From a virus (Duplodnaviria; Heunggongvirae; Uroviricota; Caudoviricetes), in IMG/VR virus record IMGVR_UViG_2541047691_000016: a stretch of DNA of 39,162 bases, one strand, 5' to 3'. The position numbers and the translations under genes were made by a program. Below, piece after piece: positions 29,454 through 38,387 of this stretch; the first letter of the stretch is position 1, and every line of letters begins with the position of its first letter. The notes beneath the pieces are model-generated. The model did not search any database. It was not told the DNA's origin and worked only from the letters and a program-made list of their open reading frames with translations.

Positions 29454-30830
29454 TCATACGTCAGCCCCTTGTGCATATCGTCTGCCACGCGCAGCAGGTG
29501 CATTTGATGCTGTGCAAATCTGTCTGGCTTCATCCTGGTCACATGCAACAAAGTGTCCGTTGCAGAACCGCTGGTAAACCGTACCAAGTGAGCCAAAACG
29601 GTTTTTCGTCACGATGATTTCAGCAAATGGCGCGGCGCTACTGTTCTCGTCATATACCGCTTCCCGATAGAGCATGATGATTGAGTCTGCGTCCTGTTCA
29701 ATGCTTCCTGAATCACGCAAATCTGCGTTTGTCGGGCGTTTGTTTGGTCGCTTCTCAACATCGCGTGAAAGCTGACTCAGGGAAATAACCGGTGTTTTCA
29801 GGTCTTTCGCCATCGCCTTCAGGCTTCCGGAGATGTGAGCAATTGCGAGGTCGTTGCGGTCTGCTTTCGGCTTCTCAATCAGGCCAAGATAATCCGCCAT
29901 GATGAGTGAGAGGTTTGGATTTTCCTGTTTGTGCCGTTCTGCGATTGAGCGTATTTCTTCGACCGATAATCGCGAGGCATCGACTACCCATACATCCAAA
30001 TCTGCAAGCTGACTCATGCCGTTAGCAACACGTGCCCAGCCCTCGTCATCCATCGATGCAGGATTTCGCAGTACGCTAACCGACATCCTCCCGGCGTTGG
30101 CAATGCTTCGCTCTGCAATCTGCAATGCGCTCATTTCCATTGAGAAAATCAATACCCCGCGCCGGACGTCAGAACCAGGAATAACGCGGCTTGCAACGCC
30201 TTCGGCAATCTTCAGCGCCAGTTCGGTTTTCCCCATACCAGGACGAGCAGCGATTATCACCAGGTCTTCCGCGTTCATCCCTCCGGTGATGGCATCAAGT
30301 TCTTCGATTCCGGTCTTCAGGGTATCGGACTCTTCTCCGTTCCTCAGACGCCTGTCAAGCGTGTCAGTGTAGTCGGTGATGATTTCCCCTAACCGTACAG
30401 GTTTAACCTCGTCACGGGGCTTTCTGATGGCTGAGAGACGTTTTACAAGTTCATCCATCGCCTGACTCGATGCGTCGATGGTTCCGCTTTGGATTGGTTC
30501 ACGCATTTCATCCATGATTTCCAGCACCAGACGGCGGTGATAGTTATCCGCGACCATTCCGGCATATCCCTTCAGGTTTGCGGCGCTCGGGCAGTTTTTG
30601 CTGGTCATCAGGATTGACGTGAAATGCTCCTCTCCGCACGCCTCGGCAACCATCAGCGCGTCGATTAGGTTTCTGTTTCTCGCCTGCTTCCGGATAACCT
30701 CGAAGGCTTTCCGGTAGAGCGGAATTGAAAACGCTTCCGGCTCCAGCGTTGCAAGAACGTCACTGGCGGTTGGAGTTAATCCACCAATCAGCAGGCCACC
30801 GATAACGCTCGCTTCGATATCCTGTCTCAT
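29454..30830 (-). CDS. Replicative DNA helicase, DnaB family (P22 gp12-like)
   Basis: Walker [18 protein letters not shown]; DnaB-like N-terminal domain; 458 aa. Confidence 0.9.
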   Translation of the reverse strand: MRQDIEASVIGGLLIGGLTPTASDVLATLEPEAFSIPLYRKAFEVIRKQARNRNLIDALMVAEACGEEHFTSILMTSKNCPSAANLKGYAGMVADNYHRRLVLEIMDEMREPIQSGTIDASSQAMDELVKRLSAIRKPRDEVKPVRLGEIITDYTDTLDRRLRNGEESDTLKTGIEELDAITGGMNAEDLVIIAARPGMGKTELALKIAEGVASRVIPGSDVRRGVLIFSMEMSALQIAERSIANAGRMSVSVLRNPASMDDEGWARVANGMSQLADLDVWVVDASRLSVEEIRSIAERHKQENPNLSLIMADYLGLIEKPKADRNDLAIAHISGSLKAMAKDLKTPVISLSQLSRDVEKRPNKRPTNADLRDSGSIEQDADSIIMLYREAVYDENSSAAPFAEIIVTKNRFGSLGTVYQRFCNGHFVACDQDEARQICTASNAPAARGRRYAQGADV

Positions 30831-31774
30831 GCAATCCCCCTGTCTGCAAACTTCCCTTCCCGAACTCCCGTTAACGAGTCTTCTCTCAGCAGGTAATCAA
30901 AATCAGCCGTCCAGCCCGTGTCGTTGTCTCCGAAGTAAAACGGCTTGGCCTGATGCACAAACGCCCTGACATACGCTCTGAAACCGTCCACGTTTGGCGT
31001 TTTCAGTTGCGGGATGATTTTCTTCAGGCGGCGTTTTCGTTTCTCGTTGACCGCAACAGCGTGTGGCAGTCTGTCACCGACTTCGGTGTTGTAGGCGTTC
31101 AGGAAGGATTCGTAGTCGATTCGTTCTGCCTTGCGACGTTCAGGTTTAACCTGCCCATCGCCTCCCCCATTGGGGGGTAGGGGGGTATTATTTATATTCT
31201 TGTTAATACCTTCTTGTTCATGATGTGCGGTTGTTTGTGCGGCTTCATGTGCGCTTTCATGTGCGGCATGTACGCTGAAAGCCGCGCTATTGCTGGCTTC
31301 ATCATGTGCGGCATCATGTGCGGTTGTTTGTGCGGCTTCATGTGCGGGTAAATTGTCCATTTTTTGAGCATATTCATGGTAATTTGTGATGGTTATCACA
31401 CGGCCTTTTTGCTTCTCTCCATCAATGGAGATCATCCCCTCTTTCACAAAAACCTGAAGCATCCGCTCAACCTGATCACGGCTTGCTGGCTTGCCATGTC
31501 TGTCGCATAACTGAAGACCTAAATCAGCTGCTGTCACAACCAGTTGACCGGGTTGCAGATGCCATTCATGACCTTTGAAATTCGCTTTGTATGGCTTTCT
31601 GGCGGCATTCAGGAGAAGGTTTTCCCACAGGGTGCGAAGATAAACATCTTTCGCCCATGACTGTTTCAGAATGCTCCGGTACAACGGAATGTAACCAGTT
31701 TTCTGGTTCTCCATCCTGTTGCTCCTGCGCTCGTGTGCGGCGCTGAAATCGTAGATTTTTGCTGTATTGCTCAT
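30827..31774 (-). CDS. Replication initiator (lambda O / P22 gp18-like) with internal origin iterons
   Basis: 315 aa; central [10 protein letters not shown]-type peptide repeats are encoded by DNA iterons; Pro/Gly linker PPNGGGDG. Confidence 0.8.
   Translation of the reverse strand: MSNTAKIYDFSAAHERRSNRMENQKTGYIPLYRSILKQSWAKDVYLRTLWENLLLNAARKPYKANFKGHEWHLQPGQLVVTAADLGLQLCDRHGKPASRDQVERMLQVFVKEGMISIDGEKQKGRVITITNYHEYAQKMDNLPAHEAAQTTAHDAAHDEASNSAAFSVHAAHESAHEAAQTTAHHEQEGINKNINNTPLPPNGGGDGQVKPERRKAERIDYESFLNAYNTEVGDRLPHAVAVNEKRKRRLKKIIPQLKTPNVDGFRAYVRAFVHQAKPFYFGDNDTGWTADFDYLLREDSLTGVREGKFADRGIA
31219..31349. repeat. Candidate replication origin: about 6 copies of (C)ATGTGCGG, including a 31-bp direct repeat at 31223-31253 and 31316-31346, flanked by AT-rich tracts
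   Basis: Direct repeats read in the sequence inside the initiator gene, as for lambda ori inside O. Confidence 0.65.
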
Positions 31775-31776
31775 AA

Positions 31777-32049
31777 CTACCTGCCTTGACGAAAGACCTT
31801 AAGAACATCGTTAAACTGACTTACGGATATGTCTTCTTTGAGAAGCTTTTCCAGAAATGCGTTTGGAATGAACGTATATCCCTCCTCTTTTGGTAGAGAC
31901 GGGAGCAACGCCCTCGCCTCAGCCTTCAGAAGCTCCGTTCTGGCAACTTTCACAAAAGAGATTTGAGTTCTTTCATCAATGGAACGAAGGAAGCGCAAAC
32001 GCTTAGCTTCTTTGTGTGTATCAGGTGGATTAAAGCCTTTGTTTCGCAT
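31777..32049 (-). CDS. Hypothetical protein (90 aa) between cII and the initiator gene
   Basis: ATG at 32049 with GAGG RBS; the ORF-track extension to 32322 overlaps cII in another frame and is rejected. Confidence 0.5.
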   Translation of the reverse strand: MRNKGFNPPDTHKEAKRLRFLRSIDERTQISFVKVARTELLKAEARALLPSLPKEEGYTFIPNAFLEKLLKEDISVSQFNDVLKVFRQGR

Positions 32050-32071
32050 ATAATTACCTCGTTGGATGTTG

Positions 32072-32365
32072 TTAAAATTCCATTTGTATTTGATCAGAAC
32101 GCTCGGTTGCCGCCGGGCGTTTTTTATTGGTGAGAATCGAAGCAACTTGTCGTGCCAATCGAGCCATGTCGTCGTCGACAACACCCCATTCAAGAACAGC
32201 AAGCAGCATTGAGAACTTTGGAATCCAGTCCCTCTTCCACCTGCTGATCTGCGACTTATCAACGCCCACAGCTTCCGCTGTCTTCTCAGTTCCAAGCATT
32301 GCGATTTTGTTAAGCAACGCACTCTCGATTCTTAGAGCCTCGTTGCGTTTGTTTGCACGAACCAT
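32072..32365 (-). CDS. cII: Transcriptional activator CII (lambda-type)
   Basis: MVRANKRNEALRIESALLNKIAMLGTEKTAEAVGVDKSQISRWKRDWIPKFSMLLAVLEWGVV... near-identical to lambda CII as recalled; start at 32365. Confidence 0.92.
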   Translation of the reverse strand: MVRANKRNEALRIESALLNKIAMLGTEKTAEAVGVDKSQISRWKRDWIPKFSMLLAVLEWGVVDDDMARLARQVASILTNKKRPAATERSDQIQMEF

Positions 32366-32424
32366 ATGTAAGTATTTCCTTAACAAATAAGAAGTTATGC
32401 GCATCAACTTATGCGCGTTGTATT

Positions 32425-32466
32425 CCCGCATTTCGGCGGGAATGAGGACCATGACTGTTAAAGAGC
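32425..32466 (-). promoter_or_regulatory. nutR (boxA GCTCTTTAA plus boxB hairpin CCCGC-CGAAAU-GCGGG)
   Basis: Between cro and cII on the minus strand; the same boxA/boxB pair recurs in the PL leader. Confidence 0.7.
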
Positions 32467-32473
32467 AATTTGC

Positions 32474-32659
32474 TTATGCCGCTTTGCGGTAAGCGCTTTC
32501 TTGATACTTCAGGGCGCCAGCTGTAACGACTTCCAGTCGATAGGCGTCTTTCTCTGGGATGACTTCCTTCCACTGAGAGACTGCTGCGTCGCTAATGCCT
32601 AACGCTTTAGCTACAGCACGCTGGGTTCCGAAGTGGTCGATAACATCTTTCTTGTACAT
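32474..32659 (-). CDS. cro: Cro repressor (P22-type)
   Basis: MYKKDVIDHFGTQRAVAKALGISDAAVSQWKEVIPEKDAYRLE... resembles P22 Cro. Confidence 0.92.
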   Translation of the reverse strand: MYKKDVIDHFGTQRAVAKALGISDAAVSQWKEVIPEKDAYRLEVVTAGALKYQESAYRKAA

Positions 32660-32672
32660 AGACTCGCTCCGA

Positions 32673-32739
32673 AATTAAAGAACACTTAAATTATCCACTA
32701 AAGGAATCTTAAGTCAAGTTTATTTAAGATGTCTTAACT
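32673..32739. promoter_or_regulatory. OR operator cluster with PR/PRM (three P22-type 18-bp operators)
   Basis: ATTTAAGTGTTCTTTAAT-type sites at about 32674-32691, 32697-32714 and 32722-32739, between divergent cro and c2. Confidence 0.75.
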
Positions 32740-33390
32740 ATGAAAACTCAATTGATGGGAGAGCGCATTCGCGCTCGGAGAAAAGAACTCAAGATCAGGC
32801 AGGCCGCACTTGGAAAGATGGTCGGCGTGTCTAATGTTGCCATATCTCAGTGGGAACGCTCTGAGACAGAGCCAAATGGAGAGAATCTTCTCGCCCTGGC
32901 TAATGCGTTGAAGTGTTCCCCTGACTATCTGATGAAAGGAGAGGAAAGTCTTTCAAACATTGCCTATCACAGTAGGCATGATCCAAGAGGGTCATACCCT
33001 CTGATTAGCTGGGTGAGCGCAGGATGCTGGATGGAAGCTGTAGAACCATATCATAAGCGTGCAATAGATAACTGGTACGATACAACCGTAGACTGTTCAG
33101 AAGATTCGTTTTGGTTGGACGTGAAGGGAGACTCAATGACGGCTCCGGCCGGTCTCAGTATCCCTGAAGGAATGATAATACTCGTCGATCCTGAAGTAGA
33201 GCCGCGTAACGGGAAACTGGTAGTTGCAAAGCTCGAAGGAGAAAACGAGGCAACTTTCAAGAAGTTAGTTATTGATGCAGGCAGGAAGTTTCTAAAACCA
33301 CTTAACCCACAATATCCGATGATCGAGATCAACGGAAACTGCAAAATCATCGGCGTAGTTGTCGATGCAAAACTAGCAAACCTTCCATAA
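32740..33390 (+). CDS. c2: C2 repressor (P22-type CI homologue, 216 aa)
   Basis: MKTQLMGERIRARRKELKIRQAALGKMVGVSNVAISQWERSETEPNGENLLAL... resembles P22 C2, including the LexA-like C-terminal domain. Confidence 0.93.
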   Translation: MKTQLMGERIRARRKELKIRQAALGKMVGVSNVAISQWERSETEPNGENLLALANALKCSPDYLMKGEESLSNIAYHSRHDPRGSYPLISWVSAGCWMEAVEPYHKRAIDNWYDTTVDCSEDSFWLDVKGDSMTAPAGLSIPEGMIILVDPEVEPRNGKLVVAKLEGENEATFKKLVIDAGRKFLKPLNPQYPMIEINGNCKIIGVVVDAKLANLP

Positions 33391-33414
33391 GGGGGCATTC
33401 GCCCCTTTTTTTTT
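33391..33414 (+). terminator. Intrinsic terminator downstream of c2
   Basis: GGGGC-AUUC-GCCCC hairpin followed by U9. Confidence 0.75.
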
Positions 33415-33437
33415 ATTTCCTTTAAAAATCAAAGCCA

Positions 33438-33511
33438 AACTTAAGTTACGAAAGAAAATTTAAGTTTTCTTCAAAAATGCTCTTGACCATTAATTAAAGA
33501 GATCTTAAATT
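33438..33511 (+). promoter_or_regulatory. OL operators and PL promoter (-35 TTGACC 33483-33488, -10 TAAATT 33506-33511)
   Basis: P22-type operator half-sites (ATTTAAG...CTTTAAT) overlapping the promoter hexamers. Confidence 0.6.
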
Positions 33512-33546
33512 TAAGCCATCAGCAGGACGCTGGAAGCCAAACGGAA

Positions 33547-33586
33547 CAGATTGGCAGGCTCTTTAACATTGATGGGATTGTCCCGC
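33547..33586 (+). promoter_or_regulatory. nutL (boxA GCTCTTTAA 33547-33555; boxB CCCGCCGAAATGCGGG 33571-33586)
   Basis: Identical boxA/boxB pair to nutR, located in the PL leader upstream of the N-like gene. Confidence 0.7.
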
Positions 33587-33911
33587 CGAAATGCGGGAAC
33601 CAAAGAGTAGTTGGCTTTGGGGTGACGTGAAGTGCAGCTGCACGACGGCAACCGGAAGATAAGCACCCGGCGCGTCACCGCCAAAGTCAATTCCATAGGC
33701 GTTATGCAGCCGCCACCATATTCAAGAAAGCTGCACAAGAGGTAGGAGGATTTATGTGAATGCATAACTTCAAAACCGAGGTTAATTAAATCTCTCGATC
33801 CGAGCATCGACCTATTAGGTGGCGAGATGCTCTTTCTGCCCCTCAGTTCGAGGGGCCAGAAACCACTTTGCAATCACTATCAATTCCAAAGTTGTTTCAT
33901 CGGAGGTCAAC

Positions 33912-34211
33912 ATGACAGTAGTCATTACATATCTGGCTGACGATAACGCCAGAAATCGCCGCAGAGCACGCAGACAGGCTCAACGTGAACAGGCGATGCA
34001 AGAACAGCGACTGGCGCGAAAAATTGCGCTAAAGCTCTCTGGTTGCGTCAGAGCGGATAAAGCAGCATCACTCGGAATCCTTCGCTGCAAGAAGGCAGAT
34101 GAAGTCGAGAGTAAACAGAATCGTATTTACTACCGCAAGCCACGCAGTGAAATGGGTGTGACTTGTGTTGGTCGCCAGAAAATGAAATTAGGCAGCAAAC
34201 CACTTATTTGA
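33912..34211 (+). CDS. N: N-like transcription antiterminator (99 aa) with an arginine-rich motif
   Basis: ATG at 33912 with GGAGG RBS; N-terminal DNARNRRRARRQAQREQ; first gene of the PL operon after nutL; the ORF-track start at 33819 is an extension. Confidence 0.75.
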   Translation: MTVVITYLADDNARNRRRARRQAQREQAMQEQRLARKIALKLSGCVRADKAASLGILRCKKADEVESKQNRIYYRKPRSEMGVTCVGRQKMKLGSKPLI

Positions 34212-34219
34212 GGTGATAT

Positions 34220-34690
34220 ATGACAAAATCATGGAGCGTACCTTTTCCTGAATCAGAAACTGAACATGATGGAATGCCTGTTTTCTGGAGATTCCAAGCG
34301 ACAGTTGAAGAAGATGGAATCAAAATATTCGCACTTCAATATATAGCTTTTCATCAGACAGAGCATTATGCATGGTTGGTTCCTGCGCATTGGATTGTTA
34401 ATTTTAAACCAGCACCAAATCAGTGGTTACAGGAATGGAAACAAAGGAGAAATAGATATGCAATTAAGAAAGTAGCAAAAAATGCAGAAAGATCTTTTGC
34501 ATTCCCGACGAAGAAACTTGCCATTGAAAGTTTATTGCGCCGGAAGAAATACCATTTGATGAGAATCAAACAAGATTTGGCTGTTGTATCAACTCTTGTT
34601 GATGGGATGAAGAATATTGATACATCAACACCAGGTATTGAATATAACTTTGGACACAACCAAGAAACAGAAAACTGGGTGTTTTATTAG
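34220..34690 (+). CDS. Hypothetical protein (156 aa), AT-rich gene between N and tL
   Basis: ORF with lower GC than its neighbours; no family recognised. Confidence 0.55.
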   Translation: MTKSWSVPFPESETEHDGMPVFWRFQATVEEDGIKIFALQYIAFHQTEHYAWLVPAHWIVNFKPAPNQWLQEWKQRRNRYAIKKVAKNAERSFAFPTKKLAIESLLRRKKYHLMRIKQDLAVVSTLVDGMKNIDTSTPGIEYNFGHNQETENWVFY

Positions 34691-34804
34691 TACGAATAAG
34701 CACTGTGTATTCATTCCAACGAGTGAATACACGGAGCAATGTCGCTCGTAACTAAACAGGAGCCGACTTGTTCTGATTATTGGAAATCTTCTTTGCCCTC
34801 CAGT

Positions 34805-34830
34805 GTGAGGGCTTTTTTATATGCATACCA
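34805..34830 (+). terminator. Intrinsic terminator (tL1-like)
   Basis: GCCCUC-CAGUGU-GAGGGC hairpin followed by U6. Confidence 0.7.
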
Positions 34831-34884
34831 ATAACGCTTCACTCGAGGCGTTTTCGTTATGCAATCAAACAGAAGGAGCATCCT

Positions 34885-35055
34885 ATGCAACAGTTCGCTA
34901 TTGCAGGGGCGGCATCGGTTCGCCCTTTCAACCCGATTTTATCGGTACAGCATTCACGAAAAAACATTTTAACCGGAGCAGACTTTAAACAACCAAGAAT
35001 GAAAAGCTTGCTCGAAAAGCTTTGGGATATTTTGAAACAACAAGGCCGTCCATGA
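34885..35055 (+). CDS. Small hypothetical protein (56 aa)
   Basis: ATG at 34885 with AAGGAG RBS; the ORF-track start at 34780 overlaps the terminator and is rejected. Confidence 0.45.
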   Translation: MQQFAIAGAASVRPFNPILSVQHSRKNILTGADFKQPRMKSLLEKLWDILKQQGRP

Positions 35056-35210
35056 GTTTTACGGATAACTGGTCAGACGAAGAATTCATTCGTCAGATAA
35101 AAGAATTAATCGGTAACGAAGGAGATATTCATGTCACTTGCAACCACAGTGAAGGAGAGCAAGTTACAGAGACGCATGTACACGCAGAAAGCTCTCTGGT
35201 ATCGCCATAA
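35052..35210 (+). CDS. Small hypothetical acidic protein (52 aa)
   Basis: ATG overlaps the upstream stop (ATGA coupling). Confidence 0.4.
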   Translation: MSFTDNWSDEEFIRQIKELIGNEGDIHVTCNHSEGEQVTETHVHAESSLVSP

Positions 35211-35311
35211 TGGTGACCGCGAAGGAATGCGGGTATGCCTTAATTTGTCCCGAGTCGAAGTATTAAATCAGCGTTATTTCCTTGGGCCGTGTCCATTCTG
35301 AGAGCAATCAT

Positions 35312-35917
35312 ATGAGCAAAGAATTTTACGCAAGACTGGCAGCTATTCAGGAGAATCTGAACGCGCCAAAGAATCAGTACAACTCATTCGGCAAATATAA
35401 ATACAGAAGCTGCGAAGATATTCTTGAAGGCGTTAAGCCGTTACTGAACGGTCTGTTTTTATCAATCAGCGATGAAGTTGTGTTGATTGGTGATCGGTAT
35501 TACGTGAAAGCCACGGCAACTATTACCGATGGCGAAAACAGTCATACGGCAACCGCTCTTGCACGAGAGGAAGAAAGCAAGAAAGGAATGGATTCTGCAC
35601 AAGTTACGGGAGCTACAAGCTCTTATGCACGCAAGTATTGCCTCAATGGTTTGTTCGGCATTGATGATGCGAAAGATGCAGATACAGACGAGCATAAACA
35701 TCAGCAGAACGCAGCAGCAAAGCAATCAAAACCATCACTTACACCTGAACAGGTTCTAAAAGCATTCACTGACGCAGCAATGCAGAAAAACACCGTAGAA
35801 GAGCTTAAACAGGCGTTCGCCAAAGCGTGGAAGATGCTCGAAGGGACGCCGGAGCAGCACAAAGCGCAGGACGTTTACAACATCAGACGAGACGAATTAG
35901 AAGGGGCAACTGCTTAA
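35312..35917 (+). CDS. erf: Erf single-strand annealing recombinase (P22 Erf-like)
   Basis: MSKEFYARLAAIQENLNAPKNQYNSFGKYKYRSCEDILEGVKPLL... resembles P22 Erf; start at 35312. Confidence 0.92.
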   Translation: MSKEFYARLAAIQENLNAPKNQYNSFGKYKYRSCEDILEGVKPLLNGLFLSISDEVVLIGDRYYVKATATITDGENSHTATALAREEESKKGMDSAQVTGATSSYARKYCLNGLFGIDDAKDADTDEHKHQQNAAAKQSKPSLTPEQVLKAFTDAAMQKNTVEELKQAFAKAWKMLEGTPEQHKAQDVYNIRRDELEGATA

Positions 35918-36300
35918 TGGCACATTCGATTACAGTAAGACTAAACAAACCCGCAAGAGAGTTTCAGGGCGGGGAAAATATCGGATTCAACATCCGTGCT
36001 GGCGTTCAGTATTACGATCGCCAGACAAAAAAGAAAGAATGGACAAACTACAGCGCCGTTGTATTTGCCAAGCCGGGAGCGCAAGCGGATTACTATCGTA
36101 GCGTTCTGGTTGAAGGAGGCATTGTAGAAATTACCGGAGAAAACATCAGGGTTGATGTTTATCAGGGGCAAAATGGTCAATCAATCACTCTTGAATTACT
36201 GAATGCAAAGATTGGATTTGCAACTTCAGGAAACAGCCAACAGCAGCAAAGTAGCAATCATCAAAATAATCCTGAATACGACGATTCCATCCCATTCTGA
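35917..36300 (+). CDS. SSB-like single-stranded DNA-binding protein with acidic C-terminal tail (DDSIPF)
   Basis: OB-fold-like sequence; C-terminus ends EYDDSIPF, like the SSB DDDIPF tip; start overlaps the erf stop. Confidence 0.65.
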   Translation: MAHSITVRLNKPAREFQGGENIGFNIRAGVQYYDRQTKKKEWTNYSAVVFAKPGAQADYYRSVLVEGGIVEITGENIRVDVYQGQNGQSITLELLNAKIGFATSGNSQQQQSSNHQNNPEYDDSIPF

Positions 36301-36323
36301 TTTAGAAAAATAAGGATTTAATT

Positions 36324-36620
36324 ATGCCAGCGCCTTTGTATGGTGCGGATGACCCGCGCCGCTGTTCCGGCAATTCCGTATCGGAGGTGCTGGATAAATT
36401 CAGAAAAAACTACGATCGAATAATGTCTCTACCGCAGGAAACGAAAGAGGAAAAGGAATTTCGCCACTGTATATGGCTTGCAGAGAAAGAAGAACGCGAG
36501 CGAATTTACCAGACATCAATCCGACCATTCCGCAAAGCCACATATACCCACTTCCCTGAATATATCGACCCGCGCCTGCGTAATTACCGCTCACGCTATG
36601 GCGCTATCAGTAATGACTGA
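36324..36620 (+). CDS. Hypothetical phage protein (98 aa)
   Basis: ORF in the PL operon; no family recognised. Confidence 0.5.
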   Translation: MPAPLYGADDPRRCSGNSVSEVLDKFRKNYDRIMSLPQETKEEKEFRHCIWLAEKEERERIYQTSIRPFRKATYTHFPEYIDPRLRNYRSRYGAISND

Positions 36621-36696
36621 GGAATTTACCATGAGAGGACTTGCTTAAGAGAAAGAGTTTCGGTTCTGTTAATGACAACAAATATCTGAATGCGAT

Positions 36697-37233
36697 GTGG
36701 CGGAGTGGGAAGAAATGAAACAAATGTCACTAATTGAGATGGATGGTTTTCTGAAAGGTAAATGCATCCCAAGTGATTTAAAGGTTAACGAAACAAACGC
36801 TGAATACCTTGTCCGTAAGTTCGGTGAACTTGAATCAAAACTGGAAACGGCGTTGCGGGAGTGTAGTTCTGCTGGAATCACGATTGATAACCTTGAGGCT
36901 AAATGCGCGAAGATGGCTGCTGAAAATACCTCACTTAAGCAATCTGAGAAGGAATTTAATGACTTTTGTCGTGAGGAGTTTAGCGAATGGGAAGATGATG
37001 TTACTGAAACCCCAGCCACCGATGCTTTTCTGGCTGAAATTCGGGCGCAGGGGGTGGATGCTGCTATAGAAGCTGCAAAAAATCTGGTGGCCCAAGAATA
37101 TGAGTATAAGGATTTCAAAGCGGCGCAGAGTGATTGCTGTATGCACCCTGGTTCAGACCTGGTAGGGAAGGTTGAAATGACTGAGTGGTTAGTTGACTTT
37201 GCTGCCCAGCTTCGCAAAGGAGGCAACCAGTGA
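36697..37233 (+). CDS. Hypothetical coiled-coil protein (178 aa from GTG at 36697; alternative ATG at 36715)
   Basis: Charged, helical-looking ORF on the operon strand; the antisense ORF 36669..37466 is rejected. Confidence 0.55.
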   Translation: MAEWEEMKQMSLIEMDGFLKGKCIPSDLKVNETNAEYLVRKFGELESKLETALRECSSAGITIDNLEAKCAKMAAENTSLKQSEKEFNDFCREEFSEWEDDVTETPATDAFLAEIRAQGVDAAIEAAKNLVAQEYEYKDFKAAQSDCCMHPGSDLVGKVEMTEWLVDFAAQLRKGGNQ

Positions 37234-37529
37234 CTGTATGTCTTATTGATAAACGTCGACGTGGGCAACAAATACCATCTGTTGAAATGCCGAATCACAC
37301 ATGGTTTTGCGTACTTGATATCGATGGTATGGATACGTTGGTTGACACTCGTCATTACTGCGATACCGCAACAGCTACTCCGGCGAAAGCAAAGAAAATG
37401 GCTGCTCTGATAGAAAACTGGACTCCACCTGATGGTTGGTGCAATGGGAATGATCGAGATTGGCACGAAAAAATGAAGGGCTATATCTGCGATTTTTTAC
37501 GTAAATGCAACGGCTTCAGGGGGATGTGA
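37230..37529 (+). CDS. Hypothetical phage protein (99 aa)
   Basis: ORF overlapping the upstream stop. Confidence 0.5.
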   Translation: MTVCLIDKRRRGQQIPSVEMPNHTWFCVLDIDGMDTLVDTRHYCDTATATPAKAKKMAALIENWTPPDGWCNGNDRDWHEKMKGYICDFLRKCNGFRGM

Positions 37530-37530
37530 T

Positions 37531-38103
37531 ATGACCAAAATTAACTATCAGGCACTGCGTGAGGCGGCAGAACGTGCAATTCCGGCAATGGAACGCCTGT
37601 TAATGTTGCCAGTTGATGATGATTTGTTAAGTGAACAGGAACTTAAGGATTACGGTGTGGATATTGATGCGCTCAACGCCTTCAAATTTCTGACCGGACC
37701 AGAAACCGTGCTGGCGCTGCTGGATGAACGGGAAAGAAACCAGCAATACATCAAACGCCGCGACCAGGAGAACGAGGAAATTGCGCTAACGGTAGGGAAG
37801 CTGCGCGTTGAGCTGGAAGCTGCAGAGAAGCGCATTGCAGAACTGGAAGCCGAACCTGTAAGCCAAACTTACAAGTTGAACGAGCTGTCGGGCAACTATC
37901 CGGTAACTCCGGATGGTTGGATAAGCTGTAGTGAGCGAATGCCCGCTCAAGATGATTGGATTTTAATTTATTCAAAGCACGGCGAGTATATGGCAGGACA
38001 GGTACAAGGGGAATACGTGGAGTTGAGCGACGGCACTTTATCGTGGTTAGGGAACGCCTTGTACTGGATGCCTCTACCGGAACCGCCGCAGGAGGTTAAT
38101 TGA
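37531..38103 (+). CDS. Ead/Ea22-like protein with C-terminal DUF551
   Basis: Coiled-coil middle; C-terminal WLGNALYWMPLPEPP is typical of DUF551. Confidence 0.65.
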   Translation: MTKINYQALREAAERAIPAMERLLMLPVDDDLLSEQELKDYGVDIDALNAFKFLTGPETVLALLDERERNQQYIKRRDQENEEIALTVGKLRVELEAAEKRIAELEAEPVSQTYKLNELSGNYPVTPDGWISCSERMPAQDDWILIYSKHGEYMAGQVQGEYVELSDGTLSWLGNALYWMPLPEPPQEVN

Positions 38104-38387
38104 TGGTCTCCTTCGCGAAATATACGATTATTGACTGGATAGCATTCATTCAGGTTTTGCTCATCTGGTTTTATATGGCTTACAGGAGTGGACAGTGGAT
38201 TGTCAGTGTAGCCTGTAGCAATGGATGGCGTTGGTGGAACCGGAAGAATAAAAAAGCGCTGGCCTTGGCTTCGTTTTACGAAGCATTCAATCTTAACAGT
38301 CTTCAGCCTGGTTCTGTCGTTGTAGTCACCACTCAAAGCGGCATGACGATACAAATTCACAAGCCAAAGGAGGAAGGTCGTGGCTAA
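38100..38387 (+). CDS. Hypothetical protein (95 aa), Trp-rich with a hydrophobic N-terminus
   Basis: ORF overlapping the upstream stop. Confidence 0.4.
   Translation: MMVSFAKYTIIDWIAFIQVLLIWFYMAYRSGQWIVSVACSNGWRWWNRKNKKALALASFYEAFNLNSLQPGSVVVVTTQSGMTIQIHKPKEEGRG

Noticed and set aside
32050-32452. Upstream extensions of the cII ORF (to 32452) and of the 90-aa ORF (to 32322)
   Set aside because: The CII translation matches lambda CII exactly from the ATG at 32365, and the extensions would run through nutR or overlap cII in another frame.
33511-33873. 120-aa minus-strand ORF in the PL leader
   Set aside because: Lies antisense to the nutL-containing leader of the N-like gene, has no RBS or protein-like composition, and overlaps the boxA/boxB elements.
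34705-34732. 8-bp stem hairpin TGTATTCA...TGAATACA downstream of the 156-aa gene
   Set aside because: No adjacent U-tract; the real terminator is the GC-rich hairpin at 34805-34830. It could be an RNA processing site but there is no evidence for that.
36669-37466. 265-aa minus-strand ORF antisense to the PL operon genes
   Set aside because: Ser-rich, low-complexity translation that fully overlaps well-formed plus-strand genes in an operon; looks like an antisense artefact.
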